Position numbers and translations under genes: made by a program | The notes under the pieces: generated by a model | The model's database searches: none | What the model was told of the DNA's origin: nothing | What the model saw: only the letters and a program-made list of their open reading frames with translations | Part shown: positions 1 through 12,963 of the stretch, piece after piece | Layout: each line of letters opens with the position of its first letter | How positions within the stretch are numbered: position 1 is the first letter of the stretch | Origin: Camelus ferus | Taxonomy: Eukaryota | Assembly: GCF_009834535.1 (NCBI RefSeq) | Contig: NC_045698.1 | Coordinates: 92,132,001 to 92,196,000, forward strand | DNA: 64,000 nucleotides | Direction of reading: 5' to 3'

Positions 1-3000
1 TTCATCTTTCTCTTTCTGGCTCATTGTTCAATGTCACCAATTATTACTTTGTAGGCTGTTAATAAAACTGCTTGGTATTTACTTAGCTGATCATCTCAAA
101 GGGGCAAGTGAGCAGATCTTCTGAGGACCTGGAACGAGCCCTTTGGCTGCCTGCCCACCTCACCTCTGCCTCAGGTCTATGACACAGACCTCAGTTAGAC
201 TCCTCCCCCAACGCATTTCCTCTTGAAAGGAGGGTCTCAGTCAACACATAACCTTCAGTCTTTTTGTATAGCTTACTTCAAAGTATTGTATTTTGAGCTC
301 TCTGTTAATGAGCTATTAGAACCATTGAATATGAGCCTGGATAAGCTGCGATTTAAGGATTCTTTCCACCTTTACCTGTGTCGCTAAATGGAAGGCAAGT
401 TAAACATGGTATACTAGCACAGTAGTTTAGGGGAAAGTTGAGCTATTCCTACATGTCCATTTTTAAAGCCAGATGCTGTTGGTGGATTTCACATTTCCAA
501 ACATTTGGTGCCGTCATCTCCAAGCCCATCTGAATCAGCAACCATAATAGAATGGGAGTCTGGCCTCTGGATTGCTGATTCGTCCACCCAGACCCAAGGA
601 GGGATTCTATAGGTAAGGTTAAAACAGCATTTTGCAGGCTTCTCAAACTAAGCTCTCCTAATTAAGACACTAACCCAAGTGAGGGCCCCCAAATGTCCCT
701 CTGGGGTTTAAAAAAAAAAGAATATTTTAAAGTCAAAACTCATCTATGAGAATAAAACAGGCCAAGAAAGGTTGACAAAAAGCAGCAAAGGGCATCCTCT
801 CATGCTCCACCTGTCTGGGACACAGCTCTTCAGGTCTCCACAGACCAAGTCTGCTGTTCCCTCTCCAGCAACCAAGCAACAGTCTGAGGAATCGGATAAG
901 CAGCCTAAAAAAGGAATCACAGATACAAAAACTCAGTTTATAACAGAGGCAAAGGATCTGACATTTGTCACTAAGATTTAGAAATAAAGAAAGTCCCTTT
1001 GACCCCAGAGAGGACTGGGTTTAACAAGTCACAGGCATGAGAGAAAAAAGAGGCCTCTCTTGCTTCCTCTGGGCTGGTAAGCAAGAACAAAACATGATTT
1101 GTTCCAGAAGTTGTGACTGCAAAAGCTTGATATCTGGACAAAGTCCCTTTACAGCCATTCTGGGCAGCCCATCCCCCTCATGTTCCTGGAGCTTCTGCAT
1201 ACTGGGGCCCCAGACACTGCTCTTCCTTACAGATGGCGAGGCACTGGTGAGACAGCAGGGGGCAGAGGAAGCAGGCTGTGGTGGACTGAGCTTCACGGAA
1301 GGGCCTATTCACCCCACCATGACGGAGACAAGACATTTACAAATATAAAGTGTTCACTGTGGCTGTCTGTGGGGCTCAGGCAGGAGGATCAGAGGGCACT
1401 GTGCGTTGAAATAGGCAATGTAATATAACATAACAATGTAACATAACATAATGTAGTACAGTTAGGGAGGGTTTAACTTTATATTAATTTAATAATGTGG
1501 CTTTGAAAATGCAAAGGGCCCTCTGCCCTGACATTCTCCAAATTTAAGATACTGAGATAGGAACAAAATGTCCTACTTACTGCTTTCTCTCATGCTCAAG
1601 ACACATTATAGAATTTTACCCTTGCTATAAATACACATTTGTATTTGATTTTCCTAATGTTTATGGGCAAACTGCTGGGTCACTGGAAGAATTGATTCAG
1701 TGGCCTCACTGGCAGCAGGGCACCAAAATTTAAAAGCAGCCTGGGGGAGTGGATGTCATTGGCATCCTCATCCTAATGTTTGCTCAAACTATAAACACTT
1801 AAAATATGACAGCAGAGTATGTTCAGATTCACAAGTATAAAGGTTTAAGCTAGATTTTTATTTGAGGACTTTTCCCCTACTTTATTTATTAAACATACAG
1901 AATGTCAGTTTGAAGTAATGAGGATCTAATTTTGCTTGGTAAATGAGCACAGGCTTTGGAATCAGACAGCCTTGGGTTTGAATTTGGGCTCAGCCAATTA
2001 TTAACTGTGACCTTGGGCATATTTCTTTGTATAGCTCAGAGCCTGAAGCCTGTTAAGCACTGTAAGTAAACTTTGCTTGTACCAGCAACTCAGTACAAGC
2101 AAAGTACTTAATCCTCTGTCTATTCTTAGTGATCATAGACAGAATGAGTTCAAACCACATAAATCAATAATGATCTTTGACAGGGGAAACTTCTCCCTTC
2201 TCCCTTGGAGAGAGGGGGCAGTAACAAAATTCCAAGGTGATTGAAGCTCCACTACCTATGAGATCATGGAAATGATTTTTTTCAAGGAATCTAGCAATTT
2301 GTCCTGAGAAAGCTAAGAAGATAAAATATATTTTAAAAAAGCTATTGAAATGAAAATGACAAAGGAAACATGGCTTTAAAAATGAAAACAGACAATATAA
2401 TGCAAGTTATGCTTCTGAAACATCTTTATCATCCATCCCTGTCTTTCTGCCATGGCTGGATGTCCCTCACCATCTCTCACAGGGAGCCTGTCATTACCAC
2501 TCCAGGGCCCCCTCCTCCACCTATTCACTACACCAGCATTTGTTACAGCAGGCAGGAAGGGAGCATAGGTTGTGAAACAAGTAGTGGCCTGATTCTATCT
2601 GTGTAGAATTAGACCACTGTGTATACATCTATGGATGTAAACAGAAAACCTCACAGAATAAACCAAGAAATATTAAGAGTGGTTCTCTAACATGTGGTCT
2701 GTTCTTTATATATTTTGGAAATCACTGAGAATTGGGAAAACATCACTATCAATTTTATAATCAGGAAACAGAAAAGCTACTTTTTAAAAAGAAAAAAGTT
2801 TTCAATGGCATTCCACCACAAACAGAATAAAGTCCAAATTAGCGTTTAAGGTCCTCCATCCATGACCGCAGATTTCTTTTCCAATATTATCTTCTTCTGT
2901 GCCTCTGACACATACCCTAAATAGAAAACTCACTAGACATTCTTTACCCTGAATTCAGCCTTTGCAGTCCAACTTCCAAGCCCTCCCCAATGCTGTCCTC

Positions 3001-3519
3001 ACAGGCTGCCTCCTGAAGACTTCCCCAAGTGCCTCTCTTAGAATCTATCTGCTAGTCAGCGCACGGAGCATTCATTTCATTTTGGATATGTAACACAATT
3101 AATTGTGTTTTTCTCTCCACTAAGCGGTAAGCTCTTCAAAAGCAGATTGTGTTTTCCTCCCAGAACACCTGGCTCACTGCCCTGCACCCAAAGATAACTG
3201 AAAGATGTTCACTGGAATAAATTACAGAAGAGTGAAGAGGATGATACACCTGGGCAGCTGCAGAAGACCTGACCGGCTGGGATTTGAGCTGGGTTTAAAG
3301 AAGGGGTAATGTTTAGAGAGAAATAATAGCTGATTACAGTTATAATTCTATGGTAAAAACACAAGGACTTTTGCCAAGGGCATTGTTAGTATTCTGATGT
3401 AGACTGCTTGATGCTGCAAGGTAAACTTATCCTAAAAGTTCTCCTTTAAATGGGAGATGTACCTTCTTATTTTGCACTTATATTCTTAAACTAAGAGGAT
3501 ACAAAATTTGCAACTAAAA

Positions 3520-3795
3520 ACTAGTTATCTAATAGAAAACAAATTTATTGTTACTAAAGGGGGAAGGTGAGGGGAGGGATAAATTAGGAGTTTGGGATTA
3601 GAAGATACAAACTACTATATACAAAACAGATAAACAACAAGGTCCGACTGTATAGCATAGGGAACTATATTTAATAGCTTGTAATAACCTATAATGAAAG
3701 AGAATATGAAAAAGAATATATATGTATACGTATAACTGAATCACTATGAAATTAACACAACATTGTAAATTGACTATAATTCTATTTAAAAAAGT
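3520..3795 (+). mobile_element. LINE-1 3' end fragment
   Basis: Typical laurasiatherian L1 3'UTR (GGGATAAATTAGGAGTTTGGGATTA...TGTATAGCATAGGGAACTATATT...ACATTGTAAATTGACTATAATT). Older degraded L1-like sequence follows to ~4450. Confidence 0.75.
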
Positions 3796-4554
3796 AGTTG
3801 TCTAGAAATGAAAGTGTTATCAGAAAGCAAAATGAAAGGCCAAACAGCAAAGTGGGAAAATCTTTACAATATATATAATAAAGGATTAATAACTACATGT
3901 CAACAAGAAAATATTAACAAATGGGGAAATGGGGAAAAGGGCAAGTCACAAAAGAACAAATCAAAGACAAAAGTAAGAGGTAGAAAGTTTAACTTCATTG
4001 GTAATAAAATAAATGGAAATTAGAGTGAAATACTTTTTTTTTTGCCTTTCAAAAGGACAAATGAAAAGCTACTACTCAATGTCAGTGAGGGAAAGACAAG
4101 GGAATTTCATGGGGCTGCAACTGTTCTGGAAAAGAACTTAGCAAAAAATTTCAAGACTTTTAAAAATAATTAATTCCCTTTGACCTAGTAATTGTAAGTG
4201 TAGGATTCTATCCTAAGGAAACAATCAGAAATGTGAATAAAGTTTTCTATATAAGCAACACCATCTATAAGAAATAAAACTCGGAAACAATGTAGACTCT
4301 CAACTATAAGAAAACAAAGTGTATTACTACACTTACTTGATGCTATCATTAAAAATATGTATTTTTAAATAATAGTTACTATCATTGGGGGAAATGCTCA
4401 CAATATAATACAAAGTAAGGTTAAAAAGAAGATCAAATCCTATGCATTCTGGAAACAGAGCTGAAGACAGAACTTGCCTCTGGGGAATGAGATTGAGGAA
4501 AGGCAGGCCTTTCACCTGTTCTCTTTTCTTCCAATGAATAAGAATAACAGTAGT

Positions 4555-4795
4555 GGCTCTACTACTACTAATAGCTTGAATGTCTACTGTGAGCCAAGCA
4601 TTGTTCTAAGTGCTTTATGTTCATTTTTTCACTTAATCCTCACAACTACCCGATGAGGTAAGTGTAACTATTGTCATTCCTCCCTTAACAGATAAGAAAA
4701 TTGAGGCACAGAGAGGTCAAGCAAGTAGCCCAAGGCAGAGCTAGGATTCACGTGCAGAATTTTGACTCCACAGTCTTGCTTTAACTACTATGGTA
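4555..4795 (-). mobile_element. MIR SINE
   Basis: MIR core in reverse (aatcctcacaactaccc...acagataagaaaattgaggcacagagaggtcaag). Similar MIR remnants lie near 1950-2030, 18910-19050, 25030-25220, 32870-33060, 45340-45410, 46350-46510 and 47050-47200. Confidence 0.7.
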
Positions 4796-5619
4796 TGGTG
4801 CCTCTGGCCATGTATTTGTAGTATTGTGTCTGTAAATTAAGAAGTTGATAGCTATGATGAAAACGCTTCTTCTTCCACCGAGCTATGTAACTCCCTGATC
4901 TCTTCAAGTTCTTGCTGAATTGAGACCTTCACAGTGAGTCCCACCCTGAGCACAGTGTTCAGACTTGCAAACTGCCTCTCTGTTTAACTCTGCTTTAATT
5001 TTTCCATAGTATTTCTCTAGCATATTATACAATTTTCAGAATCATCATATCACTTCTCTTCGTCCCTCCCCACCTGCACCTCCCACCCAACATGCCAGCT
5101 CCACTAGGTCAGGAGTTTTTATCTGTCTTTCTAACTGATGTATCAGTATCACAGTCTGAAAAGATATTGGCACAAACTAGGTGCACAACAAATATGTGTT
5201 GAGTAACTTAAGTTTTTAAAACCGCATGATTCCAGCTTGCTTCTTTTAAAGCATAAACATGTATACACTTGTGTATGGGGGAGCGAGAAGAAAAATATTC
5301 AAAATGTTAATACTGATTTCAAGTGATTTTCCCCCCTTCTTTATGTTTTCCTGTGGCTTTACTGCAAAATTCCATGTGAAAATGTATTATTTTATTATAA
5401 AAATTTGCTTTTTAAAACGTCTCTTCTAAACCTCGCGTGACATACACTGCCACGCACAGCGAATTGTCTTTGCTGCAAATTGCGTGAAGCTGTTTCCCTA
5501 TGTGAAACTCAATCCACAATTGAAGAGGTATCAACGGTCTTTAAATAAATTATGGCTTTTAAGTAATCGTCCGATATTTTGTGCAGGTTAAATATTTCTT
5601 AAAGGAATAAAAATCCTTG

Positions 5620-5870
5620 TCTCGTTGGTCGACCGCGGCATCCCCGGGGAACACACCCACCTAGCAACCGGGAGCGGAGCTGAAGCCTGGCACTGCGCCT
5701 TTAATTCCCGAGTTGGGAGGGGCGGTGGAGAATTTCCGCTCCCCTACTCCCACCGCGGCTGCCACCGCGGCGGCAGCTGTCACCTGTAAGGCGAGCACCG
5801 TGCGCAGGGGATGGAGCCTGACGCCCATTGGACAGAATATAAAGGCAGGAGCCTACCCCGAAGACTGGGG
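5620..5870 (+). promoter_or_regulatory. SOWAHA promoter at the 5' edge of a CpG island (~5620-7820)
   Basis: Reverse CCAAT (ATTGG 5827-5831), TATAAA 5838-5843, RFX-like half site CCTAGCAAC 5660-5668, GC boxes. The transcription start near 5870 is inferred. Confidence 0.6.
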
Positions 5871-6034
5871 GCCCTGCGGGGCGGCGGCGGGCGGCGTGCG
5901 CCGCGGCCCCCAGCTCCTTTCTACAGGAGACACGCGGGGCCCGCGGCTCGAGCTTGACCAAGGTCCAGCTTCGGGGACACGCCCGTCACGCCTCGGTGAA
6001 AACATTCAGGTGAGCCTGGCCGAGGCGGACGTGA

Positions 6035-7840
<1,806 letters not shown>

Positions 7841-9136
7841 CGGTTCCCGAGGCTATAGCTTGGTTGCTCCAACCGGGCCTGCCTCACAGTCTAAGCCTGC
7901 CCGAGATGGCTGTCCAACATCTTCGGCTCCATCTTGTTTCCAGCTTTGTCCACTGTAGCCTGTTCTACGCATGTGGGCCTATGCCTTCAGCTTCTGTATG
8001 AAGCTTGACCTTTCTCAGTGATGGGATTCAAGATCTCAGTGAGAGCCTCCTTTGAAGAATTCCAGAAGTCAGGCTTGAACTTTGGAAATTCGAAATTTAA
8101 GATCAAAGTTAAGGGGCAGCAGCTGGTCTGGCCCCTGAATGAGTTAACCCAATGCTTCTGCATCTATACACTCCCAAGCCAGAATTAGAGCTTTGTGTGA
8201 TGATGGATGTTTGTCAGCATTAAGATATGTAGTGCTTTTGTAATCCGATGCTTTTATCCTGTTTTTAAATTGAAATGAGGTAAAACAATTTTCATAAAGT
8301 AACCTTTTGAAATTATATTTTTCCAAAATGTTCACTTTTCAATCTTTTGCTAAATATTTTGGAATTCTATTTAACAGGGAAAAAAAAGATGATCAAGATC
8401 TAAAGGAAATTAGTCCCAACCAACAAAACCCTTGAATGGTTATCTACCTCATTTTAGGCAATCAAGATTCTAGAGTCTTGAACACAGTCTTGAAAACATT
8501 GTGAATGTAATTAATTTCAGTTGTACTGTGAATGCTAAATATTAGAAAACAAGTATATCTTGGGAGTAAAAGTGATTTAACAATAAGAGAAAAGAGACAT
8601 TTTGTCAAATATATTTAATTTGTGGTTGTCTTTATGGTGAAATATAAACATATGTCTTTGGCACTGGTGCCTGGGTATTTTAATTTGGCATGAATATTTA
8701 ATTTTTAGAGAATGATATATTTAGGAATTGCACCATTGTGCCATGTTTCTGAATCTGTGACTTTCAAATCCAGCTGAGCCTTTCAGTGCATTAGGTGAAC
8801 ATTCAAAGAAAAAAAAAATGTTTCTGCATTACACCAGGAAAATAACTGGTTAAATAGTAATAGATATAATTAAGGAGCAACTATTTTATATGAAGGTTCT
8901 GTACAAACAAAAAGTACATGATATCCGTTTTAAAATGCCATCTGAAAGCAAACAACTTATAGCAAAATTAGAAATGCAGAATCTCTGCTCAGTTACCTTA
9001 GAGAGGCGTGGCTTAACTTCTCTGTATCTTTGCTCCTATTTGTAATTGAGAAAGTTTTAGGTATTGCCAAGATTTCTCAGGTTCAACACAGTGTAATTAT
9101 AATGGCTCTTCATCTATTTTAAAGATGTGGTATCTA

Positions 9137-9787
9137 AAAACAAACAAACAAACACACACACACACACCCAAGAAAGGGAGGGTAGGTGTAGCTCAGTGGT
9201 GGAGCACATGCTTAGCATGCAGGAGGTCCTGGTTCAATCCCTAGTACCTCCATTAAAAACAAAACAACTCCTTTAAGGGAGGCATCAGACGTTTTATTTC
9301 CTTTGAATTGCCGAGGCTAGGAACTCTCTTAACCTTTAACACAGATTACTGGACTTCTCTTAACTAATCAAAATAAGATGACATAATATGGTAATAAGAA
9401 GAAGGAATCTGACTTCGGGCAGAAAGGAAGCAACTACTCTGTTTTATTTAAAACAGAAGGTGTAGTGGTCCCTCAAACATGGCTTGATCAGGGTCAGTTG
9501 TGAATGAGGTGATGTGTTTCCACTTCTCCATCCCTCTCTCTATTCTAGGCTCTCCCTCAGCCTGCTTCAGTCTACCACTAACTCTTCAAACTCTTAGGTT
9601 GTCACCTCCTTTTGTGTGAGAGAAAAAAGACTTGATGGATAAAAACATAAACTTACTTTGTTGACTACTGAATTCATCATTCTGTGAAAACCTTTCACTT
9701 TGTGAATGTGTGAATAAAATCTGTTATTAAAAAAAAAGACAAAACAAAACAAACAACAACAAAACCAACAAAAAACCACACACACAT
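9137..9787 (+). mobile_element. TSD-flanked polyadenylated retroposed segment (possible orphan L1 3' transduction or processed-transcript fragment)
   Basis: AAAGATGTGG(T/A)ATCTA direct repeats at 9121-9136 and 9788-9803; TTTT|AAAG endonuclease-type site; AATAAA at 9713-9718 followed by an A-rich tail from 9729. Confidence 0.65.
9176..9268 (+). mobile_element. tRNA-derived SINE (camelid Vic-1-like)
   Basis: GGGAG..GTAGCTCAGTGGTGGAGCACATGCTTAGCATGCAGGAGGTCCTGGTTCAATCCCTAGTACCTCCATTAAAAA, with A and B boxes and an A-rich tail. Confidence 0.85.
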
Positions 9788-9997
9788 AAAGATGTGGAAT
9801 CTATTTGCTCAACCAATCTATTTTATATCATATTGTGATAATACTCTGCTTTTGCAAGTTGTGTTTGCATGTCATTAGTTATACCAAATCATTTTTGTGG
9901 CACAATACAGTGGGCCTCCTCTCCCATATATATATCAGTAAGGCCTCTGAAATTATTTAAGGCAGTCCTTCATGGAATGTTTTGATTTAAGCAATGA

Positions 9998-10003
9998 AAT
10001 AAA
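9998..10003 (+). terminator. Probable ancestral SOWAHA poly(A) signal
   Basis: This is the first AATAAA downstream of the stop that lies outside the 9137-9787 insertion. I saw no AATAAA or ATTAAA in 7841-9136. Confidence 0.45.
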
Positions 10004-11895
10004 CAGTCTCCCACTTTGTTCCTGCTTCTGTGATGTACTTTCCTTAAACATTATACAGCACTCGCTACCCTATTTTTCTTTTCTTTCTTTTCTCCTCATC
10101 CTTCTTCTGCCTCTTTCAAGCATTCCATTATTGAAAGAATTTGGATTTCTCTGCAAAATAAATAAGTCAACCAAACATGGATATGGTAGCCAAAAACTGT
10201 AGGCCCTGATCTGACCTTTCTCACCTTTCTTCCTTGGAAGTCTAGCTAAGCTGCATAAATTATTTTTAAATGCAAATTAAATCTTCTGCCTCTGCAAAAA
10301 AAAAAAAAATGATGGGAGGCAATAATTAAAGCAATCTGAGTAACTGAAGGTCGAAGTAGAGGACAGAATAAAACATTAGAACTTTTTTCATGGTAGAAGA
10401 AAGTCTTGACAGAGAGGTAACAAAGGTCACAAACACGGGTATGACTAGCTTTGAGAAAGACAAAATATAAACCAGCAGAGTAGTAAGAACAATAACTAAT
10501 GTTTATGGCACACCTAAATCAGAGGAGGGTTCTTGAGCCACCAGAAGAACCTCTGTGTTTCAGAAGGGTGTGCTGCAAGCCTTCCAAGTGAAATAAAAAC
10601 ACTGGCAAGAGTTTAGGAACAATAAGCCTAAAACTCAGGTGTTAGAAACCACTGCTTTTTCCCTGCAGGCTGAGACTTTCTGAAACTGTAAGGTAAGTCA
10701 GTAGAAAATTAGTTTGATATGCATATGAAAAGTTTTCGAGAACAATATATGCCTGGCAGGAGGTATGCCTGTGGAAGGGTATTTCCAGCAACTAAAAGAA
10801 AAAAAAAAAAGTTGTTCTTGGGGTAAGGCAATTTAGATGGTTAGAATTATCACAGGGAAAAGAATCACTCCTCTTAATGGGGGAAAAGTTAATTGCTGGT
10901 GTAGATGTGTATGAGTCATCCATAGCAACTTTTTAATAACGTTTTACATTTCCTCTCAGGAGGTTGAAAGCTGTTCTTGAGCATGTATCACTTACCTAAT
11001 GGAGACTAGGGTATATGGGAAATGTATATATGACCTGTGTGTACTAAGTGCCAGGCAGGGTTCTAAACACTTTGCAAGTATTAACCATCACCTTATAAGG
11101 TATGTACTGTTAGTTCTCTCACAGTTGGGGTGGCATCCTGGTGCTCTTTTCCATGACAACGTCCTGTTGCAGAAAAAAAAGGTGGTCTCATCTCAGCCCT
11201 TTATTCTCTTAGTGACCTTAGGGGAGTCACCCAGTTTTCCAAAGTCCATTTCCCTCCTCTGTGGGACCTAGGGCTGGCAGTACCTATCTCACAGGCTGTG
11301 GGGAGGGAGGAGAACAGGAAGTGAGAAGGCAGAGTTACTAGTGAGCTGCAACACCATCCTGAAACATTACCAGGAGTGCTGGGTTGGTCCCAAAGTGCTA
11401 TCTGGCTGTATTCCAAAACCAAATAGCTCATATTTGTAGCTTTGCTTTACATGATCATTCTTTTACTATATTAATAGTTGCTTATATAAACAACATTGAC
11501 TCTACTAGGAAAAATGTATTCCCACAAAAAGGAAAGTACCCCATATTCTGTGAGTGGTATCACTTTAATTAAAATATCACTATGCCTTTCCTAAAGCACA
11601 ATCCTCACCCCCACCTTCCAGACCTAAACAGGCTTCATTCAGTCTTCTGGAATGAAAGCACCCCTCCACACGCAGTTATAAAACTAAGCCCACCCAGGAC
11701 CCACATTCTCCCTCCTTTTTTTTTGCCTTTTCTTGGAAGAAATTATTTGACGTCCAATAAGTAGACGCTGTGTTGCTCTTCAGATAGCTTTTTGCCTTGA
11801 ACCTGCGGTTGGCGTTAACCTTCCAGATCTGCCACACCTCTGGACTTGAACCTGTGGAGCAGAGGTGGACTCAGGTATTACTGCGGGGAAGAGGA

Positions 11896-11957
11896 AAGAG
11901 AGAGAGAGAAAGAGAAACAGAGAGAGAGCTATAGAGAGAGCGAGCGAGAGAGCGAGC
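11896..11957. repeat. (GA)n/(GAGC)n compound purine-rich microsatellite
   Basis: gagagagagagaaagagaaacagagagagagctatagagagagcgagcgagagagcgagcg. Confidence 0.85.
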
Positions 11958-12149
11958 GCCAGACCTCCACCCCAGAGGAGGGGAAAAAAAGTCCTCCCAG
12001 TGAGAAGTTGGTGCTGCTTTAAATTTCAAAGACAGCAGGTAAACTTTCATCTTAACTGTCAGTCTAAACTGTGGCCAGGCTGTGACCGTAGGGGGCCGTT
12101 GAGAGGACTGCTTTACAGCAGTTGCCTCCCTTCCCTCCACCCCCCACAT

Positions 12150-12600
12150 TCCCCTTTCACCTCTGCAGTCCCCAACCATATTTGACCTAAATGTCCTCGT
12201 AAGCTTCTGAATTACATGTGACTGAACAGCGCGGTGATCTGTTCCCGCGAGGATCCCTGAGGTTACGCCAGCTGCTCGCCGAGGTACGCCGTGTGCCGAG
12301 CAGGCTGTTCCAGCCAGATTGCGCGCCGGTTTGGGGCACTGCGGAACACTGCTTCCCTACTCGGTTTCCAATTTACAGTCTGAAGGTAAAAAGTACACTA
12401 ATTAAATCCATATTAGGAGGAGCGGCGGAGGCGGGATGAGGCGAGCGGGGGAGGCGGCCGCGGGGCTGCCTGTTGCCCAGCAACAACCGCGCTCTCCAAA
12501 GTCGGGGTGGAGCTCCGCAGGCCGCCAGGCTGGTGGCGGAGCCAGCAGGCGGGGGCGCGGGCGGCTCGAGGAGGGGCAAGCAGAAACCCCAACAGAGAAC
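12150..12600. promoter_or_regulatory. Orphan CpG island between the SOWAHA and SHROOM1 3' ends
   Basis: CpG-dense stretch including GCGGCCGC, with no recognisable coding exon. Confidence 0.6.
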
Positions 12601-12944
12601 TCAAAAAAAAAACCCAAAAACCCTCTTTTCCACCCTGGGAACTAAATAGGGCTCTTTTTGATACTGATACTCGAGATCAACACCCCCAGCTTCCCCGTCC
12701 CCACTCCGCATTAACAACAATTATCGAACGAAGGCCTAGCAAAGGAAAGTGAGCCAACCTTCCCTTAGCTGGTTGACCAGAATTTCTTTCCGACAGAAGC
12801 GAAAAGGATCAGCCCCATCCAGCCTTCAGGCTCAACAGGGGCACTGCTCAGGACAAGGCACAGTCCCTATGACTAGCTCAGAGGGCCTGGTAGCTGGGGA
12901 GGCTGCGGGTGGTAAAACGTAGGTAGTTTTCATCATAAGGGAAA

Positions 12945-12963
12945 CAGCGCCCTCTGCTGGCAG
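12945..12963 (-). promoter_or_regulatory. CTCF motif
   Basis: Minus strand CTGCCAGCAGAGGGCGCTG matches the core CCASYAGRKGGCRS. Confidence 0.7.

Noticed and set aside
9176-9255. tRNA gene calls for the GTAGCTCAGTGG...GGTTCAATCC sequences (five copies in the window)
   Set aside because: Acceptor stems are degenerate, and the copies carry A-rich tails, a shared 3' extension and in one case a clear TSD. They are SINEs, not tRNAs.
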